DNA of 63,291 nt, the filler included, from Octopus bimaculoides (Eukaryota), in the NCBI RefSeq assembly GCF_001194135.2. It is 5 parts of 5 records of this genome, joined end to end, with 100 filler letters (N's around TTAATTAATTAA, not from the genome) between each part and the next. Parts side by side here need not be neighbours in the genome. Positions count along the whole stretch, not along the records: positions 20,999 to 52,687 come from NC_068989.1; 4 more parts are not named here. One strand, 5' to 3'. Every line of letters begins with the position of its first letter. The stretch's first letter is position 1. A program made the position numbers and the translations under genes. Below are positions 36,471 through 46,260 of this stretch, one piece after another. The notes below the pieces were generated by a model. It ran no database searches, was not told the origin of the DNA, and worked only from the letters and a program-made list of their open reading frames with translations.

Positions 36471-39188
36471 GCACACTTTGATATATTTTTAGTACAATTA
36501 GTATTCATTACTAAACACAATATCATCGTAAATACTGTTATCCTACCTATGTTTATGTGTAGTGAATAACTGAGTCCATCTCATTCATATTATTACCACC
36601 CTTTTGAAACAAAACAAAAAAAAAAAAGTATATTGTTTATATATAACATGCAGTTATATGATGGAATATTGTTTAATAAAAATAAAAGTAAAGTCATGCA
36701 AGTCAATATGTAGATATATAATAGCAATGCAAAAGTTGTATTACTTATGTTAAAGCACTATGTAAACATACACACAACAATGAATTTGTTCCCCTCTTAA
36801 CTTCTAGAAAAAAGTGTTTTTTTAAATGAAATTTTCTAAAAATATGCTTCAGATGGTGTAGCTTCCGATTATATCTGAATTTGTTGAAGATTCAGCTTAA
36901 ATATAAATTTGTTGTGAAAAAAAAAATGTTTTTGGTGGTGGGGGATCAGAAAATTCACATGAGTCAGTACTGTTTCTTCATAATTTTCTCAAAAATGGGA
37001 TATTTTCAAATGAAAATTTCTACAAATAACTTTCAGAGTGTGTAAATTACGATTATATTGTAATTTGCTGTGAAAAGAAAGATATTGAGCATGCACACAT
37101 ACATACAGGCACACATCACAATTTTTCCGAAATTTCAAGTTTTATGTATCAGTATGTATGTGTGCTATCCAACCAATCTTTTTCCTTATTAAATTCTGAT
37201 ATAAGCGTAATCTATACACACTGAAAGATATGAATAGAAAATATCCGTTTTTCTGAAAATTATGGGGAAAGAAAGAAGCCTCATGTGAATGTTTTGAACT
37301 TCCTCTCTCCACCTACAGAAATATATTTTTTCACTATAAATTCCAAAATAATCTACACCATCTAGAGCATATTTATAGAAAATTTCATTAAAAATATCCA
37401 ATTTTCTGGAAAATAGGAGGGAAAAAAATGGGGGAGGCACACATGTGTAGGTATGCTGCAGCCATACTTACACATGAGTCAACAGCACCAACATCCTGAC
37501 ACTTATCATCACATATATCTACAAAATGAAACTTGAAATTTCGAAAATTGTGATGTGTGTCCGTATATATCTGTGCATGCTCACTAAGTTAGTTTTTTTT
37601 TTTATATATATTAAATAATCATAATTTACACACTCTGAAAAGCATGAACATTTCTGGTCAGTTACTGTATATCACTGTGCATGTATTACTGAATGTCCAT
37701 AATAAACATGTATTTTTAAAAATTATATTGAAGATTATATGCATCATTTATATATATAAAACTGAGTAGCAGCTCACATAAACCCTATTAACTCCATCTA
37801 TGACTCCTTAACTTCTTTAACAAAAGTTAAATGCTTGTCATAGGATTTTTGTGGAAGAATATGATGGTGGTTTCTTGTTCCTGTCCTTTTTAATTTTTAT
37901 TACTATTACAAACATGAACCTGGGCACTCAGAATGCAAATAGTTGGGGGAAAATGCTACAAAGTGTTTTGTTCAATGCTCTATCAATTTTGATTATCCAC
38001 AGCTCTTGAAATATCCTTTATGTTATCAACTGGATTGAAAGTAAAACTGACCTTGGAGGGATTTGAATACAGAGCTTCAAAGCATTTTGCTTGACGCTCT
38101 AACAATTCTGCCAATATACAAGCCTTATATACATACACATGCACATATACATACAAATATGTATACACACATGCACCATGTACTGGTAAAGTCAATTTGT
38201 GAGCTAATACATTGTTACTAATAATTTCATGATCAACTGTCAATCACTGGACAATATGAGAACAACAAACCTCCTTCAAGGCAATGATGTTTGGCTTGTA
38301 TATGTTGATAGTGGATACGTGCTGCTGAGATGTACAAACACACAGGAATCACATACCCTAGTGGTTCCACCACTGGTAGGGGACATTTTTCATCTGCTAC
38401 TGATACTTTTGTGTTTTTCAGCACTATATGTCTATACAAGATGCTTTTTCAAGAAGAACACTGCAGTATTATGGCATTCTTAAGGTATATCCACTTTAAA
38501 TAGGATATACAAATTGCTATTCAAAGTTAGCAATTTTTCAGATATATATGAATTTCGTGTTTTAGATCTTGTTCCTATTCTTTCAAGAATATCATGAGTA
38601 ACTTGAGAATCCTGCATTCCTCTTTTCTTGATGTCTGAAAGAATGATGCTATGTAAACCTTCAAACAAGCCAACATAGTGTTTATACCGTTTATTGTGGT
38701 TTGAATTGGTAAAGCTTACTTCTGATGCATATATTATCACATCTGCATTGCATGACTGGTTGAATGGACATGCATTAGTGTTTCTACATACATAGTTAAC
38801 CCCTGTTTAGTTAGCTTGTGTATTTTAATACTGTTCATGCTTGGAGTTGAATATTCATGTTTTAAAATGACTTACCATATCAAACAGGTTGTCACCTGGA
38901 CAATTGCTTCTGTGAGTGATCCAAATTCCTGACTTTTCAACACATCTGACTACTCCATTATATGATAATTTAGTGGCTGATATTTCTGTCCCTCACAGAG
39001 CTTTACAGTCTAGTAAACCCAAGGAATTGTTTCTCTTTCAAACATAAATGAACATTTTACCTTTTCAATTTTTTTCTGATGAGTCCCATATTGTTTTACT
39101 GTGTTGTTTTGTATGTGTGCGTAACCATGTAGTTAAGCAAACTTCTTACCACACAGCTATGCCTGCATCCTGGCTACATCTTTTTATA

Positions 39189-39265
<77 letters not shown>

Positions 39266-39266
39266 G

Positions 39267-39715
39267 CTTTATTAATATCTAGCAAAAGTCAAGTACAGAG
39301 GTTTATCTTTGGCTAAGTATTTCTCCTGCAGCTATCTTACCAGAAATATAGCATCAATGGTGCTTCTCCCTGGCACAAAACCAAACTGCATCTCATCTAA
39401 CCCAACTCTCTCTCTTATTAGTTGGGCTATGACCCACTCCATGGCTTTCATCACCTGATCCAACAATTTGATACCTCTGTAATTATTTCTATCTAAGGCA
39501 TCACCTTTATCTTTGTAGCAGCTGACTATGGTGTTGCTACACCAGTCATTGAGTATGGCTCCTTTGTGTACCACCTGGTTAATTATACGGGTGACAAGGC
39601 CATAACTTACACTGCCAGATGTTTTAAGCATCTCGGCGGTGATTCCTGATGGGCCAGGGGCTTTCCCTGTCTTCATATCATTAATTGCTTTATCTACCAA
39701 GGTACTGTTAATTTG
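39267..39715 (-). pseudogene. RTE reverse transcriptase N-terminal fragment
   Basis: KAINDMKTGKAPGPSGITAEMLK...YKDKGDALDRNNYRGIKLLD...MQFGFVPGRSTIDAIFLVR*LQEKY. Confidence 0.9.
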
Positions 39716-39755
39716 AATAGCAGTCCCTCTGTTGGGCTATATATATATTAAGATA

Positions 39756-40251
39756 CAGATAGGGAAATAATTTTATTCTCAAATGCAGGATAATGCTAAT
39801 AATGCAGCATGAACAGGATAAACTATCCATATTTTGCAGAAAAATCTGTCAGCAGCCAGCCATGAGACTCAAACTCACATCCCTGTGATTACACGTCAAG
39901 TGCTTTACCATTAAGCTAAACTGCTCAGCGACAAATTCTTCTGCAATTTTAGTATATATAAATCTAGCCTTATAAGATGCTATCATATGTTAAATTCAAC
40001 TTATGTTGAAAGTCAACAAAGTTTGCTTTAGAAGCGTTGAGGTGAATTGAAAGATGCAGATAAGGAAATAATTTTATTCTCAAACACAGGATAATGCTAA
40101 TAATATAGCATGAACAGGATAAACTATCCATATTTTGCAGAAAAATCTGTTGGGAGTCAGCCATAAAACTTGAGCTCACATCCCTGTGATTACACGTCAA
40201 GTGCTTTGTCATTAAGCTAAACTATCCAGCAACAAATTCTTCTGCACTTTG
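39756..40251 (-). repeat. Two tandem 195-bp units with tRNA-like heads (period 301 bp)
   Basis: Minus strand tagcttaatggtaaagcacttgacgtgtaatcacaggg...gagtttgagtc; units start at 39756 and 40057. Confidence 0.6.
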
Positions 40252-40258
40252 AGGATAT

Positions 40259-40615
40259 GCCAGCTTAATTTTATTTCGTCCAGTCGAAAGACATCTGTTG
40301 TTATGTCCCATTATTATTCCTACTGTATTTGTGCAACATTGTTCGTTTTTTTTCCGTCTTTGTTTTTGTATACATTTGCTGCTTTCTTCCTAGGAATCTA
40401 ATGCTCTTAGCTTAGTTTTTCCTTGGGGCTAGCCAGATTGGAGCAACCTTGAGTATAACCAGCCAAAATTGCAAGGATAATCTGGAACTCGACTGAGGAA
40501 AGAAAACTCTGAATGACCTGTCCGTGTTTTCTTTGTATCATCTATCTGTATGCTTTGTTCCTTTCTTGTATCACCTAAACTGTCTGGATGTTTTGCATTC
40601 TTGTCCCATTTTGTA
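40259..40615 (-). repeat. Family E repeat
   Basis: Reverse complement of 23481-23790 and 6165-6422. Confidence 0.75.
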
Positions 40616-40717
40616 TTTTATATATATATATATATNNNNNNNNNNNNNNNNNNNNNNNNNNNNNNNNNNNNNNNNNNNNNNNNNNNNNNNNNNNNNNNNN
40701 NNNNNNNNNNNNNGTAT

Positions 40718-42164
40718 ATCATCATCATCATCATCATCGTTTTTCGTCCGCTTTCCATGCTAGCATGGGTTGGACGATTTGACTGAGGACTGGCAAACCA
40801 GATGGGTACACCAGGCTCCAATCTGATTTGGCAGTGTTTCTACAGGTGGATGCCCTTCCTAACGCCAACCACTCTGAGAGTGTAGTGTGTGCTTTTACGT
40901 GCCACCGGCACGAAGGCCAGTCAGGCGGTACTGGCAACGGCCACGCTCAAAATGGTGTATTTTACATGCCACCTGCACAGGAGCTAGTGCCGCGGAACTG
41001 GCAACGACCTCGCTTGATTGTCTTTTAACGTGCCACCGGCACAAGTGACAGGAAGGCGACACTGATAATGATCACGCTCAAATGGTATTATTTACGTACC
41101 ACTGGCACAGAAGCCAGACAGCTGCTCTAGCAATGATCAGGCTTGGACGGTGCTCTTAGCGCTCCACTGATAGAGGTGCCATCACGATGTCACTTTCACT
41201 TGCCCCAACGGGTCTTCGCAAGACGAGTTTAGTGTCCAATGAAAGAGACGTTGGCATGGGTAGCAGTTGTCGAATTTGGTTCGATTTTGATTTCGATTTC
41301 ACTTGCTTCAACTGGTCTTCGAAGCGGAGTTTAGTGTCCAATGAAGGAGAGGTACGCATAAGTGGGCTGGCTACACCCCTAGCAGAGGCCTCGGATTATG
41401 GTCTCACTTGACTTGCCGGGTCTTCTCACGCACAGCATATTTCCAAAGGTCTCGGTCACAAGTCATTGCCTCGGTCTTCCTGGGTCTAACTCTTTCACAA
41501 GTTCCCTCAACCGCTAGGGTGTGGCACTTTTCCACACAGCTATCCTCATCCATTCTTGCCACATGACTATACCAGCACAATCGTCTCTCTTGCACACCAC
41601 AACTGATGCTTCTTAGGTTCAACTTTTCTCTCATGGTACTTACACTCTGTCGAGCATGCACACTGACATTACACATCGATTGGAGCATACTGGCATCATT
41701 CCTTGCGAGCTTACGCATGTCCTCAGCAGTCACGGCCCATGTTTCACTGCCATGTAGCATGGCTGTTCGTGCACATGTGTCATACAGTCTGCCTTTTACT
41801 CTGAGTGAGAAGCCCTTTGTCACCAGCAGAGGTAAGAGCTCTCTGAACTTTGCCCAAGCTATTCTTATTCTAGCAGCTACACTTTCAGCGCACCATCCCC
41901 CATTACTAATTTGGTCACCTAGATAGCGGAAGCTATCAACTACGTCTAGCTTTTCTTCCTGGAATGTGGCCAAAGTTGTTTTTTGCACATTTTCAGTGTT
42001 TATTGCTCCTGAACATCTGCCACATACAAAAACTAACTTTGTAGTTATCCTTCCTTTGATATTGCTGCACCTCTTATGTGTCCATAGCTTACACTGGGTA
42101 CATTTTATAGAGTTTCTACCTATGCCTTTTCTACAGATCGAGCAGGGCCATCTACCTGAAGGGG
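40718..42164 (-). mobile_element. RTE-clade LINE, 3' 1.45 kb (ORF2 end, about 690-nt 3' UTR, (GAT)n tail)
   Basis: ORF2 motifs VVDSFRYLGD, LLPLL..KGFSLRVKGRLY, MLHGSETW, RRLCWYSHVARM; UTR with repeated modules. Confidence 0.9.
41404..42164 (-). pseudogene. RTE ORF2 C-terminal part with PHD-like finger
   Basis: Frame stays open upstream of the track ORF: PSGRWPCSICRKGIGRNSIKCTQCKLWTHKRCSNIKGRITTKLVFVCGRCSG...QEEKLDVVDSFRYLG. Confidence 0.85.
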
Positions 42165-43755
42165 TTTATATATATATATATNNNNNNNNNNNNNNNNNNN
42201 NNNNNNNNNNNNNNNNNNNNNNNNNNNNNNNNNNNAAATATGTGTGTCCACATATATGTAAATATCTGTCTGTGTGTATACATATAAATATGTTATAATT
42301 TAATTCAGATGTTACACTTGATGTATGTTTTCAAGGCCTTTGACATGTGTAGCTTTAATGAGAAGTTTGTTTGTAAAGAGGATGCTCTACCTTTGATGCT
42401 GAAGAGAATCAGCAGAGAGAGAGTAGCCTGGAAATAACCCCATCGCTGCTTAGATGTCACTACAAATATTGCTAGGAATTTTCTATTTCTCATAAAGCAC
42501 CACTTTCAAACTACAAAAATACAACTCTTTAATGCAAACAATGTTTAGGTTAATTATTAGTGACTAGCTAACACCTTTTCCAACATTGCACACCACAACC
42601 AAAATCTTACAATGAAAATGTATGCACCCCAGTGCCTCTCATGTATTTCCTGAAATCAAACTAGATGCCCGTTGAGGGAATACTGTGTTTCTAGAACTAC
42701 AGCCATTCATCCTGGCGGCATCCAGTTGAACTGTAGGTGATAGTATTTCTGTTTGTTTAGGTTGAAGGACAGAATAAATTTCATACCACTCTTTCCTTTT
42801 ATTTGGAAGCTTAAAGACCAAGAGTATAACTAACTTACAACATTAAATAGCTGATAGAGCCCCTCCATACTTGCTAATCTTGAAGTACACTAAAATATCC
42901 CTCAAATGAAAATTTAAGGTGAATTCTAATTATTGTCACTGTAGTGCACTTCTCCTTGGAAAATAATGGATGTTGACTCAAAGAGTTAACTTTCCTCCAA
43001 CAAAAGTTGATCTTGCCAGAGCTTCTTCCACTACATCCAATAACACCTTACATTCTGACAGCACCTTCTCGCAACTCACTCGTGCTGTCTGTAACAATTT
43101 TCATCATATGACCTGTATTGATCAATGTAAAAGCAGTAAAGGTTACACTTGTTACAGACATCAGATTCATGAGACATGTGCTTCATACTTACAAAACGCC
43201 GAATAATGGCCATGTAAGTTGATGATTACACAAGTTTCTCATTTATTGGGAGAAATTGATAAATTTTTACCTGCTGATTTCAAAATCATTAAAAAATTAT
43301 CCTATCACATACAGTTTCTTCACAAAATCAGTTGTGCAATTTTAAAATTATGCCTGAATTTGACTCTTGTCTTTTATTATTACTATTAATTGCCATATTT
43401 AAATAGACTGTAACAGTATAACTAATAGGTGCAATTTTGAAAAATAACCGTCTGGCAATGTTTAGCCAGCTTCAGCTACACAAAACCACATCACTGTAAC
43501 TTCAGTTACCTACAAGCAGTGAGGAGAGAAAGACTCACTTTACGTTGCTTAGGTTAAAACATTTTTTTTAAATTTCAATTATTTACTCATGCTTTTTTTC
43601 AATGAATATATGCTGCACACTTTGTATTATTGTTGCATTTCAATACTTCTTTAATGAGATGTTATTTATACATTTAGATGGCAAATCAAATGTATGCTGT
43701 TAAAAAATGTCCTCTTGCCCTTTTCTTACAGACTTCTGCATCACTTGAAGTAAAG

Positions 43756-43935
43756 ATGTCTTCTAGAAGATGTATGGCAAGCCTGGATACGGCAAGTTCA
43801 TAATTAAGAAACATCAGAAAAACATTACCAAATTTGTCAAAATACCTTACTTTACCTACTTGGACGTGAAATTAGGCGAACAAGATAGGAAATGGGCTCC
43901 TCATAAGGTCATCTCAATTTGTGCTGAAGAAATAA
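43756..43935 (+). pseudogene. DNA transposase N-terminal remnant, Chapaev(CMC)-like
   Basis: MSSRRC...GKFIIKKHQKNITKFVKIPYFTYLDVKLGEQDRKWAPHKVISICAEEIR; the GxQDxxWAPH motif is one I associate with Chapaev3-type transposases (superfamily not verified). Confidence 0.5.
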
Positions 43936-44444
43936 GACTGTTTGGTGGTGTACTGCTGAACTCATCCACTATAACTTCTTAAAACCTGGAAAAAACCATT
44001 ACTGCAGAAACATATTGCCATGAAATTGCCAAAATGAACAAAAAATTGCTACTCCTCCATCCCAGACTGGTCAACAGAAGAGAACCAATCATTCTTCATG
44101 ACAATGCTTGACCACATGTTTCACTAATAACACTCTAGAAGTTGAGAGAACTTGGCTACTAAGTTCTTCTCCACTCAGCTTATTCCTCAGACATTTCTCC
44201 TACTGACTATCACTTTTTGAAGCACCTTGATGGTTTTCTGCAGGTGGAGTTCAAAAATCAAACCAATGCTGAAAGCTCCAGAATTCCAGATTTTATGTTA
44301 CCAGAATAAACAGACTTGTAACTCGGCAAAAATGCGTTGATTATAATAGTACTTACTTCGATTGATAAAATTTCCACATTGTTGAAATATATTGTGATGA
44401 ATTTCCTATTTCAAAATGTTGCTTACTTTTTACTCAGCATGGTA
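43936..44444 (+). pseudogene. Mariner (Hsmar1/cecropia-like) transposase C-terminal half and probable 3' TIR
   Basis: TVWWCTAELIHYNFLKPGKTITAETYC...LVNRREPIILHDNA*PHV...SAYSSDISPTDYHFLKHLDGFL. Confidence 0.85.
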
Positions 44445-44516
44445 TCTATTGATTCATATATATGCAGAACATCAAAATTACACAGTGTAGACATAGACAT
44501 ATTTCCAAACACATAG

Positions 44517-44555
<39 letters not shown>

Positions 44556-44559
44556 CTCA

Positions 44560-44600
<41 letters not shown>

Positions 44601-45284
44601 TTAAATTTTCATAGGGCCTTTTATCTTCTCTCTGGCACCTTAAGAAAAACAAGAAAAAAAGGAAAAAAAAAATCAAATTTGAAACAGCGTATATACAATC
44701 ACTTGTCGTCTTTTAAACTTAAACATAAGGCGAATTGTATGTCTTTATCTAGTAAGATTTGGGAATTGAAAGAAAATGGAATTGGGTTTAGCCTCAAATG
44801 GAAAATAATAAGAAAAGCTCAGCCTTATAGGAATAGCAGATATGGGTGTGAGCATTAATTTTCCTTTAGTTAATATTGGGTTTCAGTCGTTATAGATACA
44901 AGCTAATTAAGTAAATAAACAATTCTAGTTATAGATACTTGAATTATTACATATTTTCTATATCTTATTTAATTGAAGTTACTAAGTCGTATATATACTT
45001 CATCATGATTTTAGTGATTAGGCTATTTTATATCCTTTTCTATGGTGTTTCTACCCTACCTGACCATTTTAATACTTTATAATTGCCTCTAGACAAACCT
45101 AAATTTTTGTGCCCCTATAAATTCATACTTAGCTTATTATGGGTATCTTCACAACTTAAAATTAAACTGCTTAGATTATAATTTAACTAATTTATAGTAA
45201 ATTTTGGTCTCTCACCTCAATGATAAATCTTCCTTACAGTAAGTGACTCTCATTTTTCCTTTCTTTTTTTGGTTCATACGATTA

Positions 45285-46078
45285 TGCTCAAATGCGTGCA
45301 GAACAGTTTCGTCGCTCTGACTGCATCTTGGGCAGGTCAGCCCGGTGTTTCTAGAGCCATGCCTGTAGAGCTTATCCTGAACAGGTAGCGCTTCTCAATA
45401 GCACTTAGGCCAGGGATCTCTGGAAGTTGTCCATAGGTACTGGCCCAAAAGTTGTCTTGAACAGGCAGGTCAAGTATTCCTCGTCAAGGTCCAGGTTTGC
45501 CCCGAGATCATCGTTGTACCTTCCCTCCACTAATCCCCTATAGAATGCTTTGGTTGTGTTGCAGCTGCTCAAAGTCAACCCGGGACGGCATAGTTGCTCA
45601 AGAGCAACACGATACTCGTGGTGCCATTCGCCCTACCTTGGACTCTTTTTGATCCACGACTGCATGGAGATGAGCTGTGGGAAAGTGCACCTCACAAATG
45701 GTGACCACACCTGTTCACCAGCGTCTACATAGAGCCAGAGATGTCACAGTCTCAGCACATGTCTGTGCATCATCAACCATGGCATGCCCAGCTCTCCTTT
45801 TAATAAGTGTTGGCAGCAAACGGATTGCCTGACCATTGGAACGCATCCTCCACAAGAAACAGAACAGAATGCATTTCCTTTTTGGTGATGATGGGGTCGG
45901 GACAAGGCATGACAGTCAGGCGGTAGTAAATGGCGGATGTGATGTACGCGTTCGCCACCTCTGCCCGACCTTTTAGGGACAGCTTCCTCTCAGCCCATTG
46001 CTGGGTGAGAGTGAACACCCTACTCATTACCTCATTCCAGTTCTTCTCCGTTTGGAGGTCCGGACCAAACCAGACCCC
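45285..46078 (-). mobile_element. Tx1/L1-clade LINE copy 2, 5'-truncated ORF2 C-terminus
   Basis: GVWFGPDLQTEKNW...WAERKLSLKGRAEV; CPRCSQSDETVLHAF zinc-binding motif near 45290-45335; diverged duplicate of 46261-46730. Confidence 0.85.
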
Positions 46079-46079
46079 A

Positions 46080-46250
46080 GATAGATAGATAGATAGATAG
46101 ATAGATGTTTCTTTATTGGCCACACAGGGCTTAACACAGAGGGGACAAAATACAAAGTAGACTTTTCTTTTTGGGAAGAGAAAAGCTCTACTTTGTATTT
46201 TGTCCCTTCTGTGGCCAATAAAGAAACATATCTATCTATCTATCTATCTA
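46080..46250. repeat. Palindrome of two outward-facing LINE-like 3' tails with (GATA)n/(TATC)n ends
   Basis: gtttctttattggccac...ggacaaaatacaaagtaga versus tctactttgtattttgtcc...gtggccaataaagaaac. Confidence 0.9.
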
Positions 46251-46260
46251 TTAGATAGAT

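Noticed and set aside
39267-39715. RT fragment as part of the same insertion as RTE 40718-42164
   Set aside because: It lies downstream of that element's 3' tail on the same strand, so it is a separate or rearranged fragment
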